Counted from the stretch's first letter, positions 1 to 11,220 are shown. The stretch: 64,000 bases of DNA from an uncultured archaeon (GCA_964392445.1 CAYMPD010000004.1:1-64000); one strand, 5' to 3'. A program made the numbers and translations. The notes: a model not told the origin generated them from the sequence alone.

Positions 1-481
1 TATTGTTTGAAAGCAACGCAAGACACTGTCAGTCTTGAGCTACTAATAACTAAAATTAAACTTAAGATTTAAATAGGGCATCTATTTATTAACCGGAGTT
101 CATTTAGATGCTGTAGCGTTTGGAAGGATTAGATGACGGAGATTGGTTAAAGAAGTTTCTGATTCTAGTCAAGGGAGAAAATTGAAGCGTGTAATAACAT
201 ATAATTCTTGAAAAGGGAGTGACCTTATAGAATTGATTTTATCCTTCTAAATACCCAAACCGGGGATTTCCTGGGGGTAGTTCACTTATATGTTTAGAAA
301 TCTATATTATTACAACATACCTTATGAATGTGAGTGAGCTAAGGTGAAATACCCTAACTTTTGGGGTTATATGCCCTAATTTATTTTAACTGAATGACTT
401 ACCGTTTACGGTACGTTTTGTTTACTACTTGAAACTTGTCAAACGATAATTTCAATAAATCATAAATAAGGAGGTGAAAAA

Positions 482-748
482 ATGACTGAATTAAAAGTTA
501 AAAAAAAGAACGGTAGTGTAGAGGATTTTAACAGAGAAAAACTAATGAAATCGCTAAGAAAAGCTGGAATGGAGTCCAAGGAAAATGTTGAAAAAATTTC
601 AGCGGAAGTGATGAATTTTGTAAAAAATCAAGCAGAGAAGGGAGCAGTAGAAACTTCAAGAATCAGAGGTAAAGTGTTAGAACAAATGAGGACATTGAAC
701 AAGGGAGCGGCAGAGAAGTTTGAAAAATTCACTGAAACATCCTCATAA
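482..748 (+). CDS. Stand-alone ATP-cone domain protein
   Basis: VKKKNGSVEDFNREKLMKSL matches the ATP-cone N-terminus; GGAGGTGA SD 4 nt upstream. Confidence 0.8.
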   Translation: MTELKVKKKNGSVEDFNREKLMKSLRKAGMESKENVEKISAEVMNFVKNQAEKGAVETSRIRGKVLEQMRTLNKGAAEKFEKFTETSS

Positions 749-884
749 AATGATCTCTTTCTTTTATTTTTTTGGTCTCTATCCTATCTCTATTCTTTCG
801 ACTCAAAGCAGATTTTTCCTCGTATGTGTAATCTGGCATATGTGTTCCTGATTAAATTTACTTTTAATATAGCCTAAATATTGG

Positions 885-1202
885 TTAATCTATATAGCCC
901 CTTTCTCTCAAGATTTTCTCTCCTTCATCTATAGTAGATTCATCGGTAGCAAATAATGTGAGCGTACCAAGAACACCTCTGGTTTTGGGTTCGTACCTTA
1001 TTTTACTAACCCCAGTAGAATAAATTAAACTCTCAACTTCCCCAGGGGGTTCTTCTCTAACTATATATCTTCGGTAGTATCTTGGAGCGAAAAATTCATC
1101 CCATCCCTCTTCGGTTGTCATAATAATCCAGTGGGGTTCAACTTTAAATATCTTACTTTCCATTTCAATTTCAAAGAGGGGTCTTATGTCATATTTTACC
1201 AC
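885..1202 (-). CDS. Hypothetical protein
   Basis: 105-aa ATG ORF with protein-like composition; 5' end overlaps 1186..1488 head-to-head. Confidence 0.5.
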   Translation of the reverse strand: MVKYDIRPLFEIEMESKIFKVEPHWIIMTTEEGWDEFFAPRYYRRYIVREEPPGEVESLIYSTGVSKIRYEPKTRGVLGTLTLFATDESTIDEGEKILRERGYID

Positions 1203-1488
1203 AAAAGCTGATAGAAACCACTGGTTCTATATAAGAGCGGAAAATATCCCAGCGCCAGACTCAATGCGTCCAGAGGATGTAAAGGAACACGTTCTTAGAT
1301 ACATTTATGTCGAGGGAATAGGTCCAGAAACAACTGACTATCTGATAAAGAAAAGAATTGTTAGAGGAACCTCATTTCATTATATGGAAACCTTGTATTC
1401 TGAAGGTATGGTAATATATGCAGATAATAGAGGTAGTATTCCTGTTTCTGAATGTGATGAAGATTTTCTAAAAGGGATATTCCAGTAA
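1186..1488 (+). CDS. Hypothetical protein
   Basis: 100-aa ATG ORF, GAGGGG upstream, T-rich tract after stop. Confidence 0.55.
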   Translation: MSYFTTKADRNHWFYIRAENIPAPDSMRPEDVKEHVLRYIYVEGIGPETTDYLIKKRIVRGTSFHYMETLYSEGMVIYADNRGSIPVSECDEDFLKGIFQ

Positions 1489-1831
1489 TTTCTCTTGTCT
1501 TTTACCTAGGAAGATATTAATTTGAGTTCAAATACACTTGACCATTATATTAGTTAGAAGGTTCTGTATTTTTTGAATATTCTTATTAGGATAAATAGGG
1601 GATTTACTTCTTATCAATTAATTCTCTCTAATTTCTTCTAAGAAGTCCTCAATTGCATATCTCTCTGATGCTCCCCAGCCATATATATCTGGAAAATTGT
1701 GATCTATTTCTCCTCCACAACTTATGCAGATTCCATAAGGGGCTATCCTAGAGGCTCTTCTTAAGGGTTTATGATTCTTACCAACACTCGAGTCCGTTTT
1801 ATAACCTTTATTAGCAAACCTTATAGGTGTA

Positions 1832-1957
1832 ATGAATTTAGAGTGTGTGTCAGGTTTGAGTGAAGCTTTTTTTAAACGTACGAAAGTAACTCCATATGAA
1901 CGGAAAATAATTGAAAATGCATTAGAAGTTATTGATCGGTTCGATGTTAGAATCTAA
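1832..1957 (+). CDS. Possible small protein (41 aa, MNLECVSGLSEAFF...)
   Basis: Hand-translated; AGGTG immediately upstream of ATG; below ORF-track cutoff. Confidence 0.3.
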   Translation: MNLECVSGLSEAFFKRTKVTPYERKIIENALEVIDRFDVRI

Positions 1958-2051
1958 ATAATTTTTTCTCTATTTTCTAAACTCGTTAAAGTATCTTTTT
2001 TCATGGAAGTTTACTGACACTGATAAATATCTTTAGTCCATATATTACTTT

Positions 2052-2288
2052 ATGAGACCATATCCCAAAGATCTACCATTAACCCCAATTGCTAGCGACT
2101 TAGAAAGATGTATCACCTGTACTTATGTTTGGTTAGATCCCCTTAGCGGTGAGCCAGATTCTAACCACTGTGTTATGATGGAGGCAGATGAATATAGTCT
2201 GGATAGATTTACACCTGAACAGAAACGTAGAATTGGTAGTATAAGTGGAGAAGTTGAATGTCCACTCTATGAGCCAAAAAAAGATTAG
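2052..2288 (+). CDS. Small Cys-containing hypothetical protein
   Basis: CxxC plus two distal Cys. Confidence 0.5.
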   Translation: MRPYPKDLPLTPIASDLERCITCTYVWLDPLSGEPDSNHCVMMEADEYSLDRFTPEQKRRIGSISGEVECPLYEPKKD

Positions 2289-2382
2289 GTATTACAGAAC
2301 TTTAGTAGGATAAAGTGCGAAATTGGGAAGTTATTAGTTATTTAAATGTAATTTTTAGAGTTATTATCAATATAGGGATAAT

Positions 2383-2745
2383 ATGGTTTACAAATTTCAA
2401 CACCTAACTCCTGTAGAGGGTGGATACGATGGTAGGAGAAAGAGAAACTTTGAGGGAGGAGATGTTGGGTATGCAATTTTCCAAGGAGAACAACCTTATG
2501 ACGATTTTGCTATGTTATTGAGGTGGTCTCCTCAGCAAGGTATATGGACCGCTAGTTTTGTGGCACTGGGTTGTGGATTTCCCGAAGAAGGTAAACCCCT
2601 TCGAGATGGAACTGAAACTGGGGAAAGAGCGTCACTAGTTCTATACCAGAATTTTGGTATGTGGGATAAGATTAGAGGAAGAATTGGTGAATATTCTCCA
2701 AGTCAAATTGGGTCTATGAGTCCAAAAAGTCTTAGGAAACTCTGA
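2383..2745 (+). CDS. Hypothetical protein
   Basis: 120-aa ATG ORF followed by T-tract. Confidence 0.55.
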   Translation: MVYKFQHLTPVEGGYDGRRKRNFEGGDVGYAIFQGEQPYDDFAMLLRWSPQQGIWTASFVALGCGFPEEGKPLRDGTETGERASLVLYQNFGMWDKIRGRIGEYSPSQIGSMSPKSLRKL

Positions 2746-3033
2746 TTTATTTTTTTATTCAATTTGTAGACTGAGGATTTTGGCCAAAGGGAACCCAAAC
2801 GCTATAGCGTTTAGAACGACTAATTTAAATGGAGTCTTTTCTCCAGCATAGGTAATTATTATGTGAGAAAACTATTAAATTATTCTTACTATATCCCTAT
2901 TTTTAGTCTGTCTGGAATTTACGATGGGAAGAAAATTCAAATCTTTTAGAGCTAAAACACACTTACAGTGTAACTACTATTATATAGTAAATTATACAAA
3001 CACTTAAATACTCGTCTTGCATATATAAAATTC

Positions 3034-3504
3034 ATGAAAAGAGATAGACCTAAAGCGCTTGATCTAGGGACAGGTAATGGAGATTATTTACTAGATTTAT
3101 ATGAAAGAGGTTATGATCCTGTGGGCGTTGACCGATCTTATTTAGGGAACAGAGAAGTAACAGAAAGTGTTAAAAGAAGGGAATTGGATTACGTTGTTTC
3201 GGATGCTTTAGAGTTTGTAAGGGACGAAGACTCTAATAGCTATAATTTGGTGAGTATCAGAAGACCAGATGGTTTACCTTTATCACTTTATATTTATGCA
3301 GCAGGGAGAACTCACCCAAAAATAGAACAACTTTTAAAAGAAATACACAGAATTTTAATCCCGAATGGCGAATTTGAGGTTCTTTTGCGCTCAAAACCTC
3401 AGGCTGTTAATTCAAGAAAATCAATAGAATACACAAATTTATTTGAGTTAGAAAGAGAGTTCACTTCAGGTAGATCCTACAATTTGCTATATACACCGAG
3501 ATAA
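3034..3504 (+). CDS. Class I SAM-dependent methyltransferase
   Basis: Motif I LDLGTGNG, acidic GVD at end of beta2, late ILIPNGEF motif. Confidence 0.8.
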   Translation: MKRDRPKALDLGTGNGDYLLDLYERGYDPVGVDRSYLGNREVTESVKRRELDYVVSDALEFVRDEDSNSYNLVSIRRPDGLPLSLYIYAAGRTHPKIEQLLKEIHRILIPNGEFEVLLRSKPQAVNSRKSIEYTNLFELEREFTSGRSYNLLYTPR

Positions 3505-3653
3505 TTTTTTTTAATTAATTCCTATTCTTTATCAGATACTTCGCGTATAAAATCAGAAAGTTCATCTAATATCTTTAGGTTTCCTTAAAAACATACTTTT
3601 TTACAGTTTGGAATTCTTTTTCACAATCCTTTCTTTTCAGAATATGGAGCTTT

Positions 3654-3875
3654 TTACTCTTCTTCTATCTTTCTGTATATTGTATGAGATATTTCTTCAG
3701 AAGGAAATTGGACTCCAGAAGATGCATAGATAGATGAATTTCTCAGATCACATGGCGCTAATATTGTTTCTAATTCTCCCCACTCTCCTGTTACTGGGAA
3801 TCCTTTGTAACTACAAGATTCACATAAATCATTATTAGTCCCATTACATTTCCTCACTAATTCTTTTGATGACAT
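3654..3875 (-). CDS. Small Cys-rich hypothetical protein
   Basis: C...CESC...C pattern; directly downstream of the CBS gene. Confidence 0.45.
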   Translation of the reverse strand: MSSKELVRKCNGTNNDLCESCSYKGFPVTGEWGELETILAPCDLRNSSIYASSGVQFPSEEISHTIYRKIEEE

Positions 3876-3908
3876 AATTATTTCAGATGAGTTTAGAACT
3901 TAAATACC

Positions 3909-4340
3909 TTACCCAGCAATCAACTGCTGTTTAGAAAATAACATAACCTTGGCAAGTTCTGCAATCAATTTAGGTTCAACAGCTATAATATCAGTTGTAG
4001 TAAGGATACCAACCAATTTCCCATCCTCGATAACTGGTAACCTTTTAATTTTATTTTCAACCATTACTTGACAGGCTTCTCCTAAATCCTTGTCTTCATC
4101 AATGGTTATTACTTCCTTGCTCATAGTTTTCTCAACCTTTGTTTTTGCGGCATCCAACCCTGTCGCAACAATTTTTCTTACAATATCACTTTCAGTAATA
4201 ACTCCAATTATATCCTTCTTATCTTTCAGAATGATTAAAGAACCAATTTTGTACTTCGACATTATTCTAGCAGCTTCTTTCACAGATATATCTTTGGTTG
4301 CCACAATTACTTTTGGATTCATCGCATCTTTGACAATCAT
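3909..4340 (-). CDS. CBS-pair protein
   Basis: Two CBS repeats (IGSLII...GVITESDI; IKRLPV...GILTTTDI). Confidence 0.9.
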   Translation of the reverse strand: MIVKDAMNPKVIVATKDISVKEAARIMSKYKIGSLIILKDKKDIIGVITESDIVRKIVATGLDAAKTKVEKTMSKEVITIDEDKDLGEACQVMVENKIKRLPVIEDGKLVGILTTTDIIAVEPKLIAELAKVMLFSKQQLIAG

Positions 4341-4515
4341 AGCATATAATATAGGGTTAATGATATTAATGATTTATACTTGGTAAATAACTAATAATTA
4401 TGAAGGACAACTACAATCTGTTCATTACTATAGCAGTTGCATTTGTGATTACTGTTTATATTCTGTTTTATTTTCTTGTGCAGAGGTATGGTGTTTGGGG
4501 AGATAGAAGATGATT

Positions 4516-7383
4516 TTAAAAACTAATCTCAACCACTTTATCCCTAAAATTCAATTTCCCTTCATTTTTACCTTCCAACTTACCAACTTCAACACTACTA
4601 GCACCAACATCTTTTTTCAAGTCATCTACGAATTTACTAAGACTCTTCTCGGTCTCAGTATCTGATTTCAATGTCAATTCTATCCTATCACTTATTTTCA
4701 ATCTCGCTTTCTTCCTGGTCGATTGAATTTTCCTTGTTAAATCCCGATAAAGTCTTTCTCCCATTAATTCTTTGTCTTCTGATAAATCTAGGAAAACTCT
4801 ACCTTTCTTGAAATCCTCACTTGCAAATTCACCTTTCGGTTCTTGGTTTACTATTTCAACAACTGTAACATTCGCTCTTTTCTTTATTATTTCCCCAAGA
4901 TTTTCCACAGCTTCTTTAACACTTTCATCTTCCGAAACTACAACCATCCTTTTAACAGGCCATCTCAATTTAAGATTAACTTTTTGTCTTGCCGAGAATG
5001 AAGTTTCAATTATATCTCGAGTCACTTTCATATCCTTTTCTAATTTTTCATCTATTAGATCCTCCTGAACTTCTGGTAATTTTTCCAGGTGAACACTTTC
5101 TTTGCCTCCCATCAAAGGTTTAACCACATCCTGATAACCCTCTTCTGCCAAGAACGGACAAACTGGTGCGAATAATTTACTCAAACTGTCCACAGCCATA
5201 CCCATCATGTAAAAAGCAGCTTTTTTATCTTCGCCCTCATACCCAGGCCATGTTCTATCCCTGACTAGTTTTATGTACCATCGGGAATAATCATCAAGAA
5301 CAAATTTCTCAAGAGCTTCGATTGATTTGTGATTTCTGTACTTGCTGAAGTAATTGTTGTACTTTTTTAACATGGAATGTAATCTTGACAATAACCACTT
5401 ATCTTCTATTTCCAAATTCGGTTTCTTTTCTGGAACTTCCTTAACATAAGTCTTAACAAATCTAAACGTATTCCTAACAATATTCAATTTTTTCTTAACA
5501 TTTTCAGCATCCTTCCAATTAAAGTAAAAGTCATTCCAAGCAGTACTTGAAAGCAAATAATACCTAAGAGCATCTCTACCATACTTCTTAATCACATCCT
5601 CGGGAGCAACTATATTCCCTTTTGACTTGGACATTTTATCTCCATGAGCATCCAGAACAAACCCGTGGAAAAGTATGTTATCATAAGATCTTCTATCAAA
5701 TGTTATCACACTAGTTATCATCTGGGAATTCCACCAGCCTCTTATCTGGTCAGGGCCTTCCAGGTTGAATTCATTAGGCCACCATTCTTCGAATAGGTCT
5801 TTTCTTTTTGGATATCCAAGACTTGCCCAACTAGCTAAGCCAGAGTCAAACCATACATCCAGGACGTCAGGTATCCTCCTCATCTTCCCTCCACATTCCT
5901 CACATTCGAGAACAATCTCATCCACATATGGTCTATGCAAATCATCCAATTCTTTTGGTAACTCGTCTGATGAACCTATGACTTTTGTTCCCCCGCACTT
6001 CTCACACTCCCAGATTGGTAATGGTATACCCCAGTATCTTTGTCTTGAGACAGGCCAATCACCTAATGATTCTAACCAATTATGAAACCTTTTCCCCGCC
6101 CAATCTGGAACCCAGTTAACTTTCTTGTTCTCTTCAATTAGTTTATCTCGTATTTCCGTTACTCTGAAAAACCACTGAGGTACTGCCATGAAAATCAAGG
6201 GAGAATCACATCTCCAACAGAAAGGATAATCGTGACTTACATTTTCTTTGGTGAAAAGTAGTCCTCTTCTTTCAAAATCTTCCATTATCTTTGGATCTGC
6301 GTCCTTGACAAACATCCCAGAATATTTCCCACAATTGCTATTGTAAGTAGCATCCATTTTCAAGGGAGAAACTACGGGTAAATTATTCTCCTTACCAACT
6401 TTATAGTCCTCTTCACCATGACCCGGGGCTGTGTGTACTAATCCTGTCCCTTCTTCAAGCGTCACAAACTGATCTGACATAACAACCCTCCAGGCATTCT
6501 TAATATCCTTGTGGAATGGGAATAGGTCTGATAGAGGATGAGTATATTCCATGCCCTCAAGGTCCTCTCCTAGAACAACTTTTTCTATATCATAATTTTC
6601 CACATCAGCTTTTTCCATTACCTGTTCAACCAATTCATGTGCAAATATCAGTGTCTCTCCGTGGACTTCTACGTAAGCATAATGTGCTCCAGGTTTAACC
6701 ATTATTCCAGTGTTTGAGGGTAAAGTCCAAGGTGTAGTAGTCCAGACCAATAAATAAGTATTTTTCTCTCCTTTAACCGGGAATTTCACATAGACTGAAG
6801 GATCTGTGACCTTGTTATACTCTATCTCGTTATAAGCTACAGCAGTTTGACAATGTGGGCAGACATGAACACTGTACTTATCCTTGTACAGGAGTCCTTT
6901 CTCATAACCTACTTTGAATGTATACCAACCACCTTCAATGTAGTCTTTTTTAAGTGTCAAATAAGGATTATCCCAATCCATCCACACTCCTAAGTTATTG
7001 AATTGATCATTCATAATATCCAAGAACTCAGTTGCGAACTTTCTACATTCTTTATTAAATTTTTCAATTCCCATTTCTTCTATTTCCTGCTTTGAACCTA
7101 TCCCTAATTTCTTTTCAACTTTATTTTCTATTGGTAATCCATGGGTATCATAACCAGGTTGCGATCTTACATTAAATCCCTTCATTCTTTTGTACCTCAG
7201 GAATGAATCTTTCAGAATTTTATTCCAAGCAGTACCTAAGTGAATATAACCAGTAGCATAAGGAGGACCATCTAGGAAATAAAATTTCCCCCCTTCTTTG
7301 TTCATATTTAATGCTTTCTTTGGAATCCCTTTTTCAGCCCAGAATTTTTGGATTTCTTGTTCTTTTTCTTTAACACTAACCAT
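4516..7383 (-). CDS. ileS: Isoleucyl-tRNA synthetase
   Basis: DGPPYATG, HIGH-like HLGT, WTTTPWTLP, GTGLVH, SRQRYWG, KMSKS. Confidence 0.97.
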   Translation of the reverse strand: MVSVKEKEQEIQKFWAEKGIPKKALNMNKEGGKFYFLDGPPYATGYIHLGTAWNKILKDSFLRYKRMKGFNVRSQPGYDTHGLPIENKVEKKLGIGSKQEIEEMGIEKFNKECRKFATEFLDIMNDQFNNLGVWMDWDNPYLTLKKDYIEGGWYTFKVGYEKGLLYKDKYSVHVCPHCQTAVAYNEIEYNKVTDPSVYVKFPVKGEKNTYLLVWTTTPWTLPSNTGIMVKPGAHYAYVEVHGETLIFAHELVEQVMEKADVENYDIEKVVLGEDLEGMEYTHPLSDLFPFHKDIKNAWRVVMSDQFVTLEEGTGLVHTAPGHGEEDYKVGKENNLPVVSPLKMDATYNSNCGKYSGMFVKDADPKIMEDFERRGLLFTKENVSHDYPFCWRCDSPLIFMAVPQWFFRVTEIRDKLIEENKKVNWVPDWAGKRFHNWLESLGDWPVSRQRYWGIPLPIWECEKCGGTKVIGSSDELPKELDDLHRPYVDEIVLECEECGGKMRRIPDVLDVWFDSGLASWASLGYPKRKDLFEEWWPNEFNLEGPDQIRGWWNSQMITSVITFDRRSYDNILFHGFVLDAHGDKMSKSKGNIVAPEDVIKKYGRDALRYYLLSSTAWNDFYFNWKDAENVKKKLNIVRNTFRFVKTYVKEVPEKKPNLEIEDKWLLSRLHSMLKKYNNYFSKYRNHKSIEALEKFVLDDYSRWYIKLVRDRTWPGYEGEDKKAAFYMMGMAVDSLSKLFAPVCPFLAEEGYQDVVKPLMGGKESVHLEKLPEVQEDLIDEKLEKDMKVTRDIIETSFSARQKVNLKLRWPVKRMVVVSEDESVKEAVENLGEIIKKRANVTVVEIVNQEPKGEFASEDFKKGRVFLDLSEDKELMGERLYRDLTRKIQSTRKKARLKISDRIELTLKSDTETEKSLSKFVDDLKKDVGASSVEVGKLEGKNEGKLNFRDKVVEISF

Positions 7384-7568
7384 AACTACACCTCATTGAC
7401 TTATCAAACAATTTAGAATTCAAAGTAAATAAAACATCAAGTTTAGAAAACAATCCGGTCAACACCCACGGAAATCACAACAATTAATAGGAAGGGAAGA
7501 TACTTAAATTTGATGGTGGGAAAATAAATCCTCGGATTATTAAAAATATAGTTATTGTTGGTGAACAA

Positions 7569-8990
7569 ATGGGTCTTTTTGGAGTGGTCACAAAAAGGAA
7601 AAATATGATTGAAGATCTACTTCTAGGAATCGATTATCATTCTCACCTTTTTACTGAAAAGGCGGGACTTGCTACATTCGATCCTGACTATGGGTTTGAT
7701 TATATGACTGATTCCATAAAAGGTTCTCAGTTTAAGGCAGTTTTCTATCCTAAGGTCGGAGATTTGTACGGAGGAAAATACGGAATTGGAGTTATTAGTG
7801 GTAGTGATTATCAACCAATTGTTTTCCAGACTCCTTTAGGTGACTTTGCTTTATGTATGAATGGGCTTGTGAGTAACGAAGAAGAAGTTTTTAGATCAAT
7901 GTTAAGAGAAAAACGCGTACTTTCTAGAACAGAAGGGAACTCACTGAATCAAGTTGAACTTATTGCGAATCTTATTGGAAGAGAATCCACATATAGCGAT
8001 GGTTTGTTAAGATTGCATGATCATATTTATGGTTCCACTTCTTTGTTACTCATGAACGAGAATGGTATATACGCATTTTCTGATAAGTTTCCTCTTACTG
8101 TTGGAAGGAGGGATGATGATTGGGCTATAGCTTCTGAGAGTTCGGCGTTTCCAAATATAGGTTTTGAAACATATAGATTTCTATCACCTGGAACAGCTGT
8201 TAGAATTGATGAAAATGGGGTCGAAGAACTAGGTAAGGTAGATGATTTGGATATTTGTACCTTTCTTTGGATATATACAGCATTTCCTTCATCGAGTTTT
8301 GATGGTGTTAATGTCGAAGAGACTAGATACAGATCTGGTGAGAAATTAGCAGAAAAACATCCTGTGGAGGATGCAGATTTAGTTTCAGGTGTCCCAGACT
8401 CGGGCACTGCTTACGCTGTTGGTTTTTCAAGAAGTGGAACTCCGTATCATAGAGCATTGATTAAATACACACCTGGCTATGGGAGAAGTTATACCCCACC
8501 CAGTCAAAAAGTAAGAGATAGGATTGCTTCAAAGAAATTAATACCAGTTTGGGATATCATTCGTGAGAAATCAATGGTTATAACAGAGGATTCTATAGTC
8601 AGGGGAACACAGTTGGGGAATATTGTAGATATGATCTGGGACAGGAATAGGAGCGGTGAACCACAAGGAGCCAGAGAAATACATGGTAGAGTTGGCTCCT
8701 CACCGTTAATTCATCCATGTCCTTATAATATTTCAACTAGAAAACCAGGAGAACTTGCTGCCGTTAGGGCTATTAGAGCTATAGAAGGGGATAATAACCC
8801 TGATTTGACTCCTTATCTCGATACCACATCTAGACAATACGAAGAGATGATAGATTGGATAAGACAAGATCTAGGTCTTACTTCTTTAGCTTATCAAACA
8901 CCGCAGGACATGGTTGAAGCAATAAGTCTACCTCCAGAAAAGTTGTGCATGTACTGTTGGATGGGTAGTCGTACTCATGAGAGAAAATAA
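7569..8990 (+). CDS. purF: Amidophosphoribosyltransferase-like protein lacking the N-terminal catalytic Cys
   Basis: GVPDSG, EDSIVRGT PRPP loop, Fe-S-type Cys (CTF, PCPY, CMYC); N-terminus is MGLFG. Confidence 0.8.
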   Translation: MGLFGVVTKRKNMIEDLLLGIDYHSHLFTEKAGLATFDPDYGFDYMTDSIKGSQFKAVFYPKVGDLYGGKYGIGVISGSDYQPIVFQTPLGDFALCMNGLVSNEEEVFRSMLREKRVLSRTEGNSLNQVELIANLIGRESTYSDGLLRLHDHIYGSTSLLLMNENGIYAFSDKFPLTVGRRDDDWAIASESSAFPNIGFETYRFLSPGTAVRIDENGVEELGKVDDLDICTFLWIYTAFPSSSFDGVNVEETRYRSGEKLAEKHPVEDADLVSGVPDSGTAYAVGFSRSGTPYHRALIKYTPGYGRSYTPPSQKVRDRIASKKLIPVWDIIREKSMVITEDSIVRGTQLGNIVDMIWDRNRSGEPQGAREIHGRVGSSPLIHPCPYNISTRKPGELAAVRAIRAIEGDNNPDLTPYLDTTSRQYEEMIDWIRQDLGLTSLAYQTPQDMVEAISLPPEKLCMYCWMGSRTHERK

Positions 8991-9022
8991 TTTTCTGTTA
9001 AGTCACTAATTTTAGAAAAAAA

Positions 9023-10456
9023 TTATATTTTTTGAACATCGTGAGAGTAACTTTCTTTTAATCCAGAACCTGTCATCATGATAAACTCTGCATTTTTTTG
9101 CATTTCTTTTATGTTCATTGCACCACAATAACTCATCCCAGATCTCAAACCACCCATCAGCTTAGAAATAACCTCGAAAACACCGCCTTTATACGGAACA
9201 CACGCTTCAACTCCTTCTGGTATTATATTAAAAATATCAATGTTCCTCCATTTCTTGGCATCTCTTCTTTGTTTTGTTGTTAGATTTGAACCTAATGAAG
9301 CTGAGCCTCGATAGATTTTATACTTTCTCCCATTTTTGATTATCTCTTTTCCGGGAGTTTCCTTTGTCCCTGCGAAGAAAAAGCCAGTCATCAAAGACGA
9401 AGCGCCTGCAGCCAAAGCTTTAGTTATATCACCCGAGGTTCTTAGTCCACCATCAGCAATTATTGGTATCTCATAATCCTTAGCAATTTTAGCAGATTCC
9501 ATCACTGCAGTTAATTGAGGAACACCAGAACCAGTAACAATTCGAGTTATACAAGTAGAACCTGGTCCCACACCTACTTTAACCCCATCAGCACCAGCTT
9601 TTATCAAGTCTTTTGTTCCTTTCGCTGTCGCCACATTACCTGCTATAACTTCAACTCCGTCAAAATTCTCTTTCACCGTTTTAATCGTATCAATACACAG
9701 ATCGGAATGTCCATGGGCAATATCAACAACAATCACATCACATCCCACATTTATCAAGGCATCGGTTCTTTCTAATACATCTACTTTCACACCAATAGCA
9801 GCACCTACTCTTAACCTCCCTTTCTTGTCTTTAGTCGCATCTGGGAATTCATTTATTTTTTCAATATCCTTGCTTGTGATAAGTCCTTTCAATTTCCCCT
9901 TTTTATCAACAAGTGGAAGTTTTTCAACTTTTTCTTTTCTAAAAATTTCCCTTGCTTCTTTCATAGTAATTTCTGGACTACTAAGAACCAAATCTTCGTA
10001 TTTTGTCATTATATCAGACACTTTTTTGTTAAGTTTATCTTCAAATATTATGTCTCTATTGGTTACTATCCCCAGAAGCTTGTTATTTTTATCGACAACA
10101 AGAATTCCGTTCACATTTTTTTCTTTCATTAAGTTTTTGACTTCTCTGATTGTAGTTTTCGGATGACAACTATATGGATTTTCAATTACTACACATTCAT
10201 ATCTTTTAACCTTTTCAACCTCCTTAGCCTGTTTTTCCGGTGTCATGAATCTGTGAATTATTCCTATCCCCCCTGCTCTTGCCAGGGCTATTGCCATACG
10301 AGATTCGGTAACTGTATCCATGTTCGCAGAAATCAGAGGTATTTTCATTTTAATTTTTGGAGTTAGAAATGTAGATGTATCAACATCCTTCCTAGACTTA
10401 ACAGGTGACTTTTTTGGAACTAGTAGAACGTCATCAAAAGTTAATGCTTTTTTCAA
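9023..10456 (-). CDS. IMPDH/GMP reductase family with CBS pair; possibly GMP reductase
   Basis: [24 protein letters not shown] catalytic loop, ADGG, PEGVE; TTG start. Confidence 0.85.
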   Translation of the reverse strand: MKKALTFDDVLLVPKKSPVKSRKDVDTSTFLTPKIKMKIPLISANMDTVTESRMAIALARAGGIGIIHRFMTPEKQAKEVEKVKRYECVVIENPYSCHPKTTIREVKNLMKEKNVNGILVVDKNNKLLGIVTNRDIIFEDKLNKKVSDIMTKYEDLVLSSPEITMKEAREIFRKEKVEKLPLVDKKGKLKGLITSKDIEKINEFPDATKDKKGRLRVGAAIGVKVDVLERTDALINVGCDVIVVDIAHGHSDLCIDTIKTVKENFDGVEVIAGNVATAKGTKDLIKAGADGVKVGVGPGSTCITRIVTGSGVPQLTAVMESAKIAKDYEIPIIADGGLRTSGDITKALAAGASSLMTGFFFAGTKETPGKEIIKNGRKYKIYRGSASLGSNLTTKQRRDAKKWRNIDIFNIIPEGVEACVPYKGGVFEVISKLMGGLRSGMSYCGAMNIKEMQKNAEFIMMTGSGLKESYSHDVQKI

Positions 10457-10498
10457 GTTGTATCCTTACTAATATTTGTTGAGGGAAAAATAAATAAT

Positions 10499-11119
10499 TT
10501 AATATATTTCCAGTAGAGTTCTCGTTATATCTGTTAATGAGTCTTCGGGAGATAACACCTTTTGGAAACGCTCAAGTTCTTCTCTAGATATATCAGCTCT
10601 TTTTAATTCCTTTTCAATAACTCTAATTTCCCTTCTCATTCTCCCTTCAATTATTTCTCGGGTTGTCTCCATAACTCCCCATGGATAAATTATCCATTTA
10701 TCTGTTTGCCCTGCATAATAATTAGGAACTACTATAGATTGGGGTTTTCTATGTAATGTAGCGACCCTTGTTTCGTCTACTATTGGTATGTAATGTTCAA
10801 TTACACCATTTATGGTAGTTCCCGTATCCGCCACATCATCTGTTATGAGTACTCTTCCACCTTTTATATTATCTGGAGGACAACTAATTTCTAATTCTCC
10901 GGTTTCACCTAGTTGAGTATACAAACGAGCCACGACAGGTATGTAAGCTGTATCCCTTCCTGCTCCTCTGAATCTATCTAATATGAGTCTTAGAACAATA
11001 AAACCACCACTACCAATACCTATGATTGAATCGGGTTCATAACTAGAAGATATTATCTGTTGATATAAAGTATCGATCAACCTATGAACGTCTTCATCAG
11101 AACATCTCAAATAGTCCAT
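10499..11119 (-). CDS. Purine phosphoribosyltransferase (Hpt/Gpt-like)
   Basis: VLITDDVADTGTT PRPP loop; C-terminal WIIYPW; upstream of IMPDH/GMPR gene. Confidence 0.8.
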   Translation of the reverse strand: MDYLRCSDEDVHRLIDTLYQQIISSSYEPDSIIGIGSGGFIVLRLILDRFRGAGRDTAYIPVVARLYTQLGETGELEISCPPDNIKGGRVLITDDVADTGTTINGVIEHYIPIVDETRVATLHRKPQSIVVPNYYAGQTDKWIIYPWGVMETTREIIEGRMRREIRVIEKELKRADISREELERFQKVLSPEDSLTDITRTLLEIY

Positions 11120-11220
11120 ATCAAAACTGAAATTTTTAGATTTATAATGATTTTTATGTAGAAATCAATAATTAATCTCTTCAATCCCAAATATAATCTA
11201 ACTAACATGAGGTGATATCC

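Noticed and set aside
401-412. ACCGTTTACGGT palindrome upstream of the ATP-cone gene as an operator
   Set aside because: Single short imperfect palindrome with no second copy noticed; could be chance.
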